A stretch of 63,822 nt of DNA, counting the filler, from Octopus bimaculoides (taxonomy: Eukaryota), in NCBI RefSeq assembly GCF_001194135.2. It is 5 parts of 5 records of this genome, joined end to end, with 100 filler letters (N's around TTAATTAATTAA, not from the genome) between each part and the next. Parts side by side here need not be neighbours in the genome. Positions count along the whole stretch, not along the records: positions 1 to 29,508 come from NC_068984.1; positions 29,609 to 38,383 come from NC_068983.1; positions 38,484 to 61,418 come from NC_068981.1; 2 more parts are not named here. The stretch is one strand, 5' to 3'. The position numbers and the translations under genes are program-made. Shown here in pieces: positions 25,937 to 39,962 of this stretch (its first letter is position 1; each line of letters starts with the position of its first letter). The notes beneath the pieces are model-generated. The model was not told the origin of the DNA. It searched no databases and saw only the letters and a program-made list of their open reading frames with translations.

Positions 25937-26524
25937 GCTTTTTTTTTAAAAATCAGTCTCTATTTCTCTCTCTCTTTCTATCAGCCGCTTTCGTTTTCTC
26001 TTTATCTTTCTCATTTTTTGACGTTTACACGTTGTGACATCTCAGTAAAATAATGTTGAAACTGGAAGAGGTGAAAACAGTTTTACAGAAAGACAGACGA
26101 GCGAAGGGGGTTGGTCATTAACTTATTTAAATAGCGGATTGCTGGCTGTTTTTTTTTTCTTTCTGGCAGGCCTACCGATACGTCGGCTAGCTTGCTAGCG
26201 GGTTCCTTGACTAACTAGTTGGGTAGATTTCTGACGGATTCCTTGACTAACAAGTTGGGTAGCTTGCTGGCGAGGTTCTTGACCATGTGCTCAGTTGGTT
26301 TGTTAGCAGGTTGTTTGGCTAACTTGTTTGTTAGTCTGCTGGTGGGATCCTTGATTAAATAAAACTTCGGCTGGCTGAAGAGACTCGTACACGGCTGGTA
26401 CTGTACAGTGGTTTCAGCCATTAAATTGTAGTCATACTGGAACAGCAGCTCTGAAGTGATTTAGTCGATCAGGTCAAACCTAGTTCTTATTTTATCACTG
26501 TTTATATATCGATTCGTTAGATTA

Positions 26525-26745
26525 TGTATGTGGCCGAGTATTATCCTGATGGAAGACACCTTTTGTCGTGAAACCAAAGATGGTCGTTTTTCTTCTAGTG
26601 CTGACTTAAGCCGCTGAAGCTGCTCACAGTAGATCTACTTTATTATCATTTGGTTTGGGTTTAACAGTTCAAAGTGGACTAAACCTTTCATATCCCACCA
26701 AACAGATAACAACACTTTACGTGGATGAAGACCTTTTTTGTCTGT
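26525..26745 (-). mobile_element. Mariner (DD34D-type) transposase internal fragment
   Basis: [30 protein letters not shown], then IYCEQLQRLKSALEEKRPSLVSRQ...FHQDNTRPHT. Confidence 0.85.
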
Positions 26746-27579
26746 CTGTCTGTCTGCCTCTCTCTTTCCTCTAATTTTTATTCTATGTACACGGACACAT
26801 ACACACACACATGTACTTATCCTCACACACGAAAAAATACACGCACCAGTGCACACACATGAACGCACATATACCTCCCACACACACCACACACATACAA
26901 CACACATATATGTACATATACACACATATACACACGCACATACACACGCACACAAGCGCATACACACGCGCACACAAACGCACACACCCACACGCTCACA
27001 TGCACACACACCCACACACACGCACGCGCACACACATACACGCACGCGCACACATACACGTACACAAACGCACACACACACACAAGCACAGGAATGCACA
27101 GATACCTAACCCACATAACCCCACGCACACACAAACACACACACCTATATACACGCACACATAAACGTACACACATACACACAACCACACACACATACAT
27201 ACACAAGCATACGCGCATACACGCAACAAATATATATATATAAATATGAAGTAAAAGCATCTCTAGTATAATAAATATTATTAAATACATATACCAATGT
27301 ATATGTTTTGTGTATTTTCTGGTGCCAGCAATGGCGTAGCTGAGTATATAACTTTCATAATCGCCGGTATTAAAACACATTAGAGTCTTGCGATTGAGGA
27401 TGAGTTATCTCGCCTGTCCATAACTCTAAGGCGAAAATTTTCCATGTGATTCATATCAACAACATCATTTATATAATTCTGTAACTAACCTACGTACGTA
27501 ATTAACTATATCTATCTTTTTCTGGGTAACCTGTTACATTTGAATGAACTATGTATGTTAATTATATAATCACAAATAA

Positions 27580-27775
27580 GGACAGTCTTTCTACTGAATT
27601 GAGACAGAGATCACTAATAAACCTATGTAAAATGTGTCCTTTCCCACTGCGTTCTATTCTAAATATGTTACTTTCAACTATCGTATTTGCCAATCCTCTA
27701 TATACATGCAGGTTTATTCGTTCAGTATTTATTGCATTGTACTGGAGTTTAACGATGTACGAATAATTGAACTGT
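27580..27775 (-). mobile_element. Possible Helitron Rep relic
   Basis: YIVKLQYNAINTERINLHVYRGLANTIVESN...SGKGHILHRFIS loosely resembles the Helitron segment QYIVD..KIE.ERL..LY.GL.DA...GK..ILPSSF. Confidence 0.35.
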
Positions 27776-27916
27776 TACATATTGTCCACATAGTTTTATG
27801 ATGCGTACAGATCAACTCAGGAGACACGCATTGTACAATATAAATATACACCACCTATGTATGCATGTATGTATGTATGTATGTATACACATACACACAC
27901 ACACACACAGACACAG

Positions 27917-27962
<46 letters not shown>

Positions 27963-28023
27963 GTACATATGTATCTCTCTGTCTCTGTTTCTGTCTGTCT
28001 GTCTGTCTGTCTCTGTCTCTCTC

Positions 28024-28101
<78 letters not shown>

Positions 28102-28304
28102 ATATATATTAGTATGTACAGGTGTACAACTGGATGGCATTTGATCTTTGTAACATAATACAATAAAATGTTGTGCTTCAGTATCGAACTGTACTTAGAA
28201 CATCCATTGCAAAAGTTGTAAAAATCGAAACGTTGAAACGTACGTTGGGAATAGATGTTATAAACTTGTGTTCATCATATATTACGTATGTATATACATG
28301 TGTG

Positions 28305-28340
<36 letters not shown>

Positions 28341-28375
28341 TAATATGTATGTATATACATAATGTATATATACAT

Positions 28376-28428
<53 letters not shown>

Positions 28429-29420
28429 NNNNNNNNNNNNNNNNNNNNNNNNNNNNNNNNNNNNNNNNNNNNNNNNNNNNNNNNNNNNNNNNNNNNNNNN
28501 NNNNNNNNNNNNNNNNNNNNNNNNNNNNNNNNNNNNNNNNNNNNNNNNNNNNNNNNNNNNNNNNNNNNNNNNNNNNNNNNNNNNNNNNNNNNNNNNNNNN
28601 NNNNNNNNNNNNNNNNNNNNNNNNNNNNNNNNNNNNNNNNNNNNNNNNNNNNNNNNNNNNNNNNNNNNNNNNNNNNNNNNNNNNNNNNNNNNNNNNNNNN
28701 NNNNNNNNNNNNNNNNNNNNNNNNNNNNNNNNNNNNNNNNNNNNNNNNNNNNNNNNNNNNNNNNNNNNNNNNNNNNNNNNNNNNNNNNNNNNNNNNNNNN
28801 NNNNNNNNNNNNNNNNNNNNNNNNNNNNNNNNNNNNNNNNNNNNNNNNNNNNNNNNNNNNNNNNNNNNNNNNNNNNNNNNNNNNNNNNNNNNNNNNNNNN
28901 NNNNNNNNNNNNNNNNNNNNNNNNNNNNNNNNNNNNNNNNNNNNNNNNNNNNNNNNNNNNNNNNNNNNNNNNNNNNNNNNNNNNNNNNNNNNNNNNNNNN
29001 CGCTGTTGTGTTCTGTGTTTTCAATAATTATGCTCTCTACGAGAACGATAAAGATACAAACACTAAATATTGTCCTGCATACATAAATGTATGGTTATAT
29101 ACCCCCCCTCTCTCTCTCTCTTTCTCTCTCTTCCTCTGTCACTCTCTCTCTCTCCCTATATATATATATATATATATATAAAGATCAGTTAGTGTCACTA
29201 CTAATGAAAAAATTTTTTTTTCTGACTGTTAACCTCATCATTGGTTGTTTTTTCTTTCTTGTTTCTTCTTTTCCATTCGTCATCAGGTGTCATGTATAAG
29301 TAAGTACATGTTCTCGGGCTGAGATTGGACTCACGAACCTTCGTTTCCCGCAGGGTTCACCAGCTCTTATTCACTATACCTAACTAATACATCTGTAAAT
29401 GTGTGAATATAACTACCTAT

Positions 29421-29483
<63 letters not shown>

Positions 29484-29608
29484 ATATATATGTGTATGTA
29501 ACATATATNNNNNNNNNNNNNNNNNNNNNNNNNNNNNNNNNNNNNNNNNNNNTTAATTAATTAANNNNNNNNNNNNNNNNNNNNNNNNNNNNNNNNNNNN
29601 NNNNNNNN

Positions 29609-29650
<42 letters not shown>

Positions 29651-30769
29651 GATTTGTTTAAACATGTTCGAGTGCACTCGGTGGTGAGAAGACCTCCCAC
29701 TGCGATGATAGTCTCGGGAGAAAATTCTCTTAAATATATATGTAAACAAAGATGGGCTGTGATCGACGTATTCGAATCGTCGTACGCATGCATTTCTGTG
29801 CCGTTTCACTTCGTCAGCTATGAGCATCAAATTTATCATTCATAGCCCGATAAGAACGGAATTATTCTTATTAAAACAACATACAGAACGTATGCTGATG
29901 TGCATAAAGCTTGGTCAAGTAAATAGTGTTGCACAAAGCAGCATTGAATGAACTATATTCGTGTAAAGTGATATTCAACACGTTCGAGCGCACTCGTACT
30001 GAAAAAATATTTCATTTTGAGTGCATTTCATTCAACGCTGCTTCGTGCTGTCAACTTCATGTCTTGGGTAATTTTGGTCTTGGCGAAGCCCATCCCAATT
30101 CCGGTCTAACCACAGCCAATTTCATGTTAAAAAGAGGAAGTCAAACATAAAATGAGAGGATGAGAGAAAGGATAATCGTCACCAGGACAGTACTTGTACT
30201 TTACTTATCGTTTACAAAAGGGTGAAAGGCAAAATCATTCTCAGCAGAAAAGAGCTAAGGCAATGACTGCAAAGCAATTTATCCGAATCTCTGGTGACTC
30301 TACCGATATATATAAATTAAAAGGGTAAAGGATTATCAATTTATTAATTAATAAATCAATTAACAATTAATAATTTTTACCAAGCCCATCGGTATGAAAG
30401 CACCATTATTGGTGGAGAACTTATTTAAAAGCTCATATATATTTATAAACATAATTAAGGGATCAGCAAATATTAAGGGATATATNNNNNNNNNNNNNNN
30501 NNNNNNNNNNNNNNNNNNNNNNNNNNNNNNNNNNNNNNNNNNNNNNNNNNNNNNNNNNNNNNNNNNNNNNNNNNNNNNNNNNNNNNNNNNNNNNNNNNNN
30601 NNNNNNNNNNNNNNNNNNNNNNNNNNNNNNNNNNNNNNNNNNNNNNNNNNNNNNNNNNNNNNNNNNNNNNNNNNNNNNNNNNNNNNTATATATATATATA
30701 TATATATATATGAAACTTATTTGGAAAAGGAAGCGTGGCGTTCGATCATATAATAATATAAATAATATA

Positions 30770-30970
30770 TAAATATATGCATATATCCATACATATATGT
30801 ACATACCTACATCTGTATGTATACATACATGCATATATGGGTACAAGATATAAAAAAAAAAACGTTAAACACAATGAGAAACGAAAACATAGAAACGAAA
30901 CATGCAACATAAAGTGTAACTCTTTCGTCAGTTGTCCCTGTTTCATCTACTCCGTGTTTCGAAGGCAAGA
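30770..30970 (-). mobile_element. Interspersed repeat family P (Penelope-like), internally deleted copy
   Basis: About 200 nt closely match 62673-62900 apart from a deletion. Confidence 0.7.
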
Positions 30971-31017
30971 ACACACACACACACGCACACACATATATAT
31001 GTATGTATGTATGTATG

Positions 31018-31051
<34 letters not shown>

Positions 31052-31063
31052 TGTATGCATGCA

Positions 31064-31128
<65 letters not shown>

Positions 31129-32676
31129 CTCTATCTATCTATCTATCTATCTATCTATCCATTTTTTGTATTTATATATACATATAGCGGCGTACGTAAA
31201 CTTTTGCTCACCTTGTAAGTAAGTACGTATCTAAATTTTGTATGATTCTTTTACTGTGTATTTTATTCCCCCTCATACTTTCTTCCTCTTTTCTTTTTCT
31301 CGCTTCCCCCTCACACATTTCTTGGCCCTATCTTTCTTTAATTCATACTTTTCCTCCTCGTTTATCTCCCTTGTACCTTTCTCTTTGTCCTTTTGATTCT
31401 TTTCTCTTTCCCGTTCTTCCCTTAATCCTTCAAGCCCTCTGCCCCTACCCCTCTCTCCTCCTTCCACGTAACCGGTGTTCGGTCAGCCATCATCTTTCAT
31501 TCTTGGCTTAACTGTCGACCGCCAACATCTCTTATGTCTATCTCCTATGTTCCTGCCTCAAGACTTTCACTCTATACACACCAGCTCAATTTGATTCGTC
31601 CCCATTAGTCAAAAGATACCAGTTGTTATATTCTTGTTGTTTGCATTTGTAATTGTGTAACATGTTCTCCTTTTTTTTGTCTTTGTTGTCGTAAACATTC
31701 GATTGCTTTCTTACAAAAAAATCTAATGCTCTTAGCTTAGACTTTTGGAGGTGGGGGTGGGGGGTCAACCAGATTTGAACAGTCTTACGTGTAACTGCCC
31801 GAAACTGTAAGGACAATCTGGAAACTTGACTGACGAAAGAAGGCGACAAATTACCCTTTTTTTCCTGTTCCTCTATTTATTGTCTTTCTTGTCCGCCTTT
31901 GTGTCGTCTATCTGTCCGGATGTTTCATTGTACTCTATTGCGTTTTTGTTCCATATATATATANNNNNNNNNNNNNNNNNNNNNNNNNNNNNNNNNNNNN
32001 NNNNNNNNNNNNNNNNNNNNNNNNNNNNNNNNNNNNNNNNNNNNNNNNNNNNNNNNNNNNNNNNNNNNNNNNNNNNNNNNNNNNNNNNNNNNNNNNNNNN
32101 NNNNNNNNNNNNNNNNNNNNNNNNNNNNNNNNNNNNNNNNNNNNNNNNNNNNNNNNNNNNNNNNNNNNNNNATATATATATATATATATATATATACATA
32201 CACATACATACATATATACATACATACATACATGTATATACGCATTTTTAGAAATCGTGGTGTTTGTTTTGCTTTACATTTTAAACGTGGACCTTTGTTT
32301 GAAGGAGTTTGTCATAGCGGGATTTTTGTCATTCAAACATTTTTGTTATTAATTATAATCGCAAACCAATGAATTTAGTCTGATAGCAAATAACTTTTGC
32401 TAAACTTTCGTTCGACATATGAGTCACATAATAGAAACAGAACTTCTATGGTAAACAAACCAGAGATAGTTGTCTCGGAGCCGAACTGTAAATAAATTAT
32501 GTACGATGGTTACTGGTTCTTTAGAATTACACGACAGCAATATCATAGAGTATAAAGTTGGCTCATATTGGTATTGTGATGTAAATAAAATTTTAATATA
32601 CTGCAGAATTTGCGAAATAGTTAACTTTTGTATTGTTTTATGACACACACACACACATACACACACGCACACACAC

Positions 32677-32750
<74 letters not shown>

Positions 32751-35700
32751 TATATGCCTACGTGTGTGGTGTGGTGGTGGCGGTGGCGGCGTGTGTGTGT
32801 GTGTGTGTGTGTATTTATCAGTAATAAAGTCCGAAATAAGTTTTTGTCAAATATCAAAATCGCTAACAAAATTTCAGATCCGTTTAGCAACGTAAACATA
32901 ATAGTTTTTAATAACTTCCAATAATAAACCGAAAACTTAACTCGGAGGTAGAGATAATTTACTGACATGAAGTACAGGAATTTTAATGGTATATAACTGA
33001 AAAGGAAATCGTTTTAAAAACATACAAACATACATGCATGCACTCACGCATAGTTATACATATATAACATTGAACTATGCAGTCGATGCATTTCATGACG
33101 CATCACTTAGATGTCCAACATTTCGGTTATTGTGTAACGACTACTAATAAAGACTTCTTATATACATATTTTCCTCATCTGGAAATATATTTTATTTTCA
33201 TTTTATAAGGAATAAAAATTCCTCATAAATTTAGTTTGCTTTGTAAAAAAAATAATTCATATTTCACTTATAAGAAAAACAATTAGAAATAAATTTAGTG
33301 AATATATCCCAAGAAATAACACTACAGTTCTTTCTCTTCCTTTTGTTGAGTGTCATAAAAGAGTTAATGTTACTGTATGAAATTGTTGTATCATCCAACG
33401 ACTCATTTGATCCTTAGTTTTAGGAAATAAACAACTCAGCAACAAAAGATAGGAAGTAAAGTAAAATGAATTGGGGAAGGGGACTGCTGGGATGAAAATC
33501 TTTATATAGAAACAAATGATATGATTAAAGGGTAAAACACAAATAAGAACAAAAGGAAGGCGGTGTTTATGAAAAGACTAAAGAAATAGAAAGGAAGATG
33601 AAGAATTCTATGGTATTGTATCGGACGTTTTCTAAAAAAAAATCTTTCTTTTTTCGGATTCGTTTGATCTATTCTCTTTTAACTTCCTGGCGAGTTAATT
33701 TGGCCGACATCAGAAATTTGAATGGCGTTATCGAATTCATGTTTTGTTCAAGTTTTGTCATTTTTCTTTGGAGCAACTGTTAGGATGGGGAACAGAAAAG
33801 CTTTTGTGGGCTGATCACTTCAACTTCTTGTAGATTATTCTACATTACTTTTTTCATAACTGTAGAGTTTCAAACAATTTTTTAAATTTTTATATAATGC
33901 ATTAAAAAATATGCCTTATTTTCATTTTCACTTTCATTTATTTTCGGTCCCTTTGAAGTCATCGTCGCTGAGACTAGTCTCTGAGTTCTTTCATGAAAAA
34001 CAAAGAAAGCTAATAAAAGAATTCTAAAAAGATTCATAATTCAGTTGAGGATTAAAGGAATAGTGTTAACTCCATTATATTTGTTTTGCGGATTTCTTTC
34101 ATCTCAAAGAGGTTAGAATTTATTGATTGAACGTTATGCTTTTTTTTTGTTTATCTGACAAAGCTGTTATTTTATTATTTACCGATAAAAAAATATTAGC
34201 CGAAATAACAAATTTAGTGAAATAAATATATTAAAAATGTTCATATTAGAGAGCAGTATTTTTAAAAGATTGGATTACACTTTAAACTATCATTTTCATA
34301 TTGGTAGAAAACATTTAAATGTTTAAAAAATATAGAACAACACCCCAACCAAAAAAAAAAATAAATAAATAAAAAAAAAAACGAAGAAAGGTTTCCAATT
34401 AACAATTTTATTTACAGCAAATGAAATAAAATTAGAACGAAAATGACTTGAATAGAAGAATGCTTCATTGTTATGAACAACGTAATATGGATTAAGAATT
34501 TGCGAAGATTCTAATAATTGAGGATGATCTTATGTTAAATATGTTAAATTAGTTATTATTAAAACTAGTCTTCCCTTATTTTCCAGTAGTCATCACGCTA
34601 TCTTACGATTATAGTCTCGACTGTAGTCCTATTCATTGCATAAAATTTTCATAGAAAAGTGAAGTTCATCATTACAGTTTATCATAGGAGACCGTCAAGT
34701 TAAAACAACTAAGACCTTTGCAATATCATTAGAAACATTTAGACCATTCGTTGAATAGCACATGGTTCAATAGACTATAAACATGCACTTGCCAGGCAAG
34801 TGATTTGATCTGAGGTGTGTTGAAACTAGAGCAATTATTGCGTGGAAAACGCATATTAGTCATTCGAAAAGTCACAAAAACTGTTTAACTTCACTTTATC
34901 ATTTATCATTTGGTGTCAAAATTTTTACTGTACTGCCTCCTCCTCCTCCTCCACCACCACCACCACCACCACCACCANNNNNNNNNNACCACTCTCACCA
35001 ATTTACATAGTTTATGCGAATCTTCCCTATCGTTTGTTTTCTGTGGTCATGGACTGATAGATTCTCTTTTTTTGAGGTCATTAAAACCGCCTGATTCTGC
35101 TATAATGTACAATGCCAAAAGTGACCTCAACTGAGAAAATCAAGGAAGCAAATGTACACGAGTTCCAACCAAATTCCAAATTAACTATAACCTACTATGA
35201 GCACCAGGTGATGACAACCCGAATAACTGACTTATATAAATGAGAAAGAGAAAATTATATTTAAAACTCTGAAGCCCATATACACTGATCAACAGCTTCA
35301 TATCAGGCTAGCTGCTGTGGAACTGGTTTAATGAGCAGGTTATAGGTAGAGCGACGAAAATTTTGACACCAAATAATAAAGAATTGAATGACACAAACAG
35401 TTTTTGAATATTTTTGAATGGCTAAACATGTAGGGAAATGAAATGCAACCATAATAAAAAAGATTAAGTAACAATCATGGTGGTGAGATATGGCGTAGAC
35501 CAGAAGTCTCTAAATAACAGGTGGCGGATCAGTTCCAGGCCGTAGATTATTTGGCATCGAACCGCATAGAAAAAATAAGCTTTAATTTATCTCTATTTTA
35601 TTGACTATCGCAGTTTTCAAGGTGTTTTTGCATTATACATCTAATATAATAAATGCGAAAACTAATTTCTGTATGTCAGTGTCACACTTTGACCCTCTCT

Positions 35701-36139
35701 CTCACTATTCAATGACACCTCTACTATTGCTCATGTTGGGCTGAGAGTAATAATAGGCAGAGAGACAGTGACGGCGGTGGCGAAGATAGATAGATAGATA
35801 GATAGATAGATATGTAAGCTGTGTGTATGGAAGCCGTATGTAAGGAAGTTGAGTGTATGAAAGCTGTGTGAGTAATGAATAATCTCACAAAGTTAAAAAA
35901 AAATTGGAACTCGTCTCAATAGAAAGAATGCCATCTGTGACATTAAGACATTTGCAGTACCAGCCATAACATATGTTTATCAGACCTAGATTCCATGGAC
36001 CGTAGCTTATAAAATATAAAAATAGTAGAATATATTATATAATAATTTTGACATTCAACGATTACACATCCCAAGTAAAGACAGCAGTAGCGCATTATTG
36101 AGTGCTAGGGAATAGTTTAAGAAGTTGAGAACCACTGGT

Positions 36140-36400
36140 TTAGATGAACAAATACAACTCTAATAGGGTGCTAGAAGCAACAATATTTGCCATACAGGAG
36201 CTGGCTATCATCACTAAACATACCGAAAAGAATATCTGCGTATCCTGCAACACAGGTGAAAATGTTGCATTTATGATTTATTTTCTGGAACAATGTACCA
36301 CATTGTAATAGGATGTAGGATGTACTGTACTGATTTTGATGACATGTAACTTGGATACACAACAACGAAGTTAAGTCACGCTACATGTGACTAAACACCC
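36140..36400 (+). mobile_element. Very degenerate RLE-retroposon relic (pre-knuckle and knuckle region)
   Basis: EATIFAIQELAIITKHTEKNI, then frameshifted TMYHIVIGC and WIHNNEVK, parallel to ETEGFLIAVQEQ...INHIVSGC at 16600-16790. Confidence 0.45.
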
Positions 36401-37148
36401 AGTTTCAACTCTTTCGAGAAAAAGATCTGTGGTGCTTATATGAATCTTAAAATTAGCATGCGAAAACAACATGGAACATTAGCAATGCACTGAATATTAC
36501 CACAGAGTAGTACGTAATAAACCTGACACTTTTTTCAAAACATAGGCGACAGCAGTGTACTTAACTAAAGATATAGGAACACGAAATGATTACGTTATAC
36601 AAAAGTGAGCTGAAAAGCCATGGAACCCCCCCCCCAAAAAAAAAAAACAACGATTTAGTCGTTGAATAAAAAAGTGGTCCTGTTTGTAATTGGTAAAACT
36701 GAATTAAATGCAAACATCTCTGCGAATAGAGTGATCGTTATGTGTAATGATAAGACGAAAGCACGTTAAAAAAAATAATATTATTAGGCTCTGCAAATAT
36801 TGTTAGGTCATTTTCACACAACATATGTTGACATTAAAGATTTCTATGCAAGTTTTCTAAGACAATTTTTTTTTATCTAAAAGACTCCCATAAAACCAAA
36901 ACTCGTACTTATCTCAAACCTTGAAAATAATTATAATGATAATTGTTTCAAATTTGGGCACTAGGGGGAGTGGGAATAGTCGATAAGAAGGAATAACTGG
37001 ATGTGCATATTCTAACACATTGGTTGTAGGTTCGTCAGCAATACAGTAGCTTCTTTTAATTATCTAGATATCTACAACACAATATTTCCATTCGTCGGAG
37101 CAGCTAAACATTTTATTGATATGCTCTGTAGTACATAATGGCAATATA

Positions 37149-37213
<65 letters not shown>

Positions 37214-37217
37214 ACAT

Positions 37218-37563
37218 ACGACGAGGTTCTTTCAGTTTCTGTCAATCAAATTCACTCTCAAAGATTCATGTCCGGTAAGTTCACCGACATCAATTCACCG
37301 CTATCAATTCACCATTTCTTTTTCAATAGAATAATTTTTAACTATTAATGGTGAGATACTATGGATATATTTTCTTGGTAAACTTTTCTCACGGTGAACT
37401 ATCTTCACGGTGAACTTTTTTCACGGCAAATTGATGGCGGTGAACTTTCCCTGTGGTTAACTTATCTGTAATCCAAAGACTTGGTCAGCCCAAGGTGCCA
37501 CGCAGTGGGACTGAACGCGGAACCCATGTGGTTGGGAAGCAAGCTTCTTACCACACAGCCACG
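37218..37563 (-). mobile_element. SINE family B head and body, interrupted by an insertion at 37265-37473
   Basis: The body matches 54145-54302 on both sides of the insert. Confidence 0.8.
37265..37473. mobile_element. Unclassified MITE-like insertion with inverted subterminal repeats
   Basis: 18/19 inverted repeat (37277-37295 vs 37429-37447), repeated TTCACC/GGTGAA motifs, and a flanking CAAAGA direct repeat. Confidence 0.65.
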
Positions 37564-38097
37564 TCTCTCTGTCTTTCGTCTCTCTCTCACTCGCTCTCCC
37601 TCTCTCCCTCGCTCTCCTTCTCTCTCCCTCTCTCAGTATGTATAAATAAATAAAAAAATATATATCTATCTATCTATATATATATATTGAGCAACTGAAC
37701 GTCACGCACCCCGACTTTTGTTAACAGTAAGTTTTTATATATTTTTTTGCGACTCTATCTTCTTCCTTTCTCCCTCGTCCTCATATTCCTTTTCTAGCAT
37801 CCCTACTTCCTCTCTCCCTCTCTCTCGTCCTCTCAATCGTAATTGTAGACTTCCTCCCTTCCTTCCCTGTTCTCTCTGCCGCTCTCACTCTCCCCCTGTC
37901 TCATCTTCATTCCCCTCTATCTACTGCCCATACGTAACCCGTGACTAATTTCCCCACCTCTCTGTCTTTCGCCACCGGACTCTTAGTTTGCCAGTCAACA
38001 ACTAACACCTCACTTGCTATTTCTCTTTCTATATCCATTCAAGATTTCTTCCATGCGTTACTCATCATTCTCGTCAGCTTGACCGAAAAGCTGTATT

Positions 38098-38301
38098 TCT
38101 TTTCTACTCTCGGCACAAGGCCCGAAATTTTTGGGGAGGGGTCCAGTCGTTTAGCTCGACCCCAGTGCGCAACTGATATTAAATTTATCGACCCCGAAAG
38201 GATAAAAGGTAAAAATCGACCTCGGCGGAATTTGAATTCAGAACGTAAAGACTGACGAAACATCGCGAAGCATTTCGTCCGGCGTGCTAACGTTTCTGCC
38301 A
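38098..38301 (-). mobile_element. tRNA-derived SINE, family A
   Basis: Near-complete reverse-complement match to family A. Confidence 0.85.
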
Positions 38302-38853
38302 AAGCTGTATTAATTCCGTCTTCGTCAATCGTTTCAAATTACATTTGTTTACTTTCGTACGTGCACTCTGTATCGTTTTCTTTNNNNNNNNNNNNNNNNN
38401 NNNNNNNNNNNNNNNNNNNNNNNNNNNTTAATTAATTAANNNNNNNNNNNNNNNNNNNNNNNNNNNNNNNNNNNNNNNNNNNNATATATATATATATTTA
38501 TATATATATATATATACGTATGTAATTTTTCTCTAAGCTCAGTCATTTAGGTCTATGATTTACTTAGCTACGGCAGCTAAGAAAACGCCGAAACGCCATT
38601 TTAATATACATACATGCGCGTGTACACGCGCGTGTGTGTCTGTGTGTAAATGCATGTGTGTTTGTGAGTGTGTGTGTGAGTTTGCGGGTGTGTGTTTGTG
38701 TTTTTGTGTGTATTTATATAGTATATATATATTTCGATTTATGCGGGTATTTACCTTCCGTCTTACATATATAACCAAATACACTGCCCTTCTTTATTTC
38801 TCTATACAACCTCATATACATACATTCATACATACATAAATACATCACACACT

Positions 38854-38999
<146 letters not shown>

Positions 39000-39197
39000 T
39001 TCGTTTCTCTCCCTTTAATATTTCCAGATCAGAGTCTTGTACAATGCCTTTGTAGAGTGATGTTTATGGCAAAGTCGGTAATAGAAAGAAAACTAATGAT
39101 GGAAATTACGATGAAGATGATAATAATTAGGAGAATTATATATGTATATGTACATATATGTATATATACATATATGTACATATATGTATATATACAT

Positions 39198-39232
<35 letters not shown>

Positions 39233-39268
39233 TAATGACGAGAAGGGTATGAAGAGGACAAGAATGGT

Positions 39269-39303
<35 letters not shown>

Positions 39304-39688
39304 ATGATGACGACGACGACGATGATAACAATGATGATGAGGATATTGAGGATGGTGTAGAGGAGAAGAAGAAGAAGAGAAGAACGTTGATGGTGAGGGA
39401 GCACGCAGGAAAAAAAAATGGAGAGAGAAGAAAGAGCAAAGAAGTGAGGGTGAGAAGGGGAAGTAGAATACGATAAGGACGTAGTCAATAGCTGGCAACT
39501 ATTTCAGAGATGAATTTAAGATGTTATAAAAACGAAAAAGAAGAAAAACCTATAAAAAATATGACGAGTTCATAACTCCGTTAAATAGAGATTAACGAGC
39601 AAACTCGAATTAACTCACACGCATGCACACATCGTCCGCATATAAGTAAGTACATATACATCTGCGCTCTCGCCATATATATATATAT

Positions 39689-39719
<31 letters not shown>

Positions 39720-39920
39720 CGTATGCATACATGCATACACACACACACACATACATACACATTTATAATGGATGGCCCTCAAGTCATGTCAATGAAAATT
39801 CATACAGATGTGCAGAAATGTAACGTAAATATATATTTACTTACGTACTCATAGAAAACAAACTTATCTTGGAGGATTTTTTCTTTTCCAAACTCCCCCT
39901 CTCTCTCTATCTCACTCTCA

Positions 39921-39962
<42 letters not shown>

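Noticed and set aside
28118-28260. TA-CAGGTGT start suggestive of a Tc1 end
   Set aside because: No matching inverted end; the sequence runs into a microsatellite and gap.
29553-29564. TTAATTAATTAA island between N runs, repeated at 38428, 61463 and 62617
   Set aside because: Each is exactly 44 N + 12 nt + 44 N = 100 nt, an artificial scaffold-join spacer with stops in all six frames. Distances across these joins are unreliable.
31780-31845. CGAAACTGTA...CTGACGA motif pair
   Set aside because: Single copy in the window and no hammerhead stems could be formed.
36120-36140. hAT-like terminus AAGTTGAGAACCACTG
   Set aside because: No convincing partner end or target duplication found.
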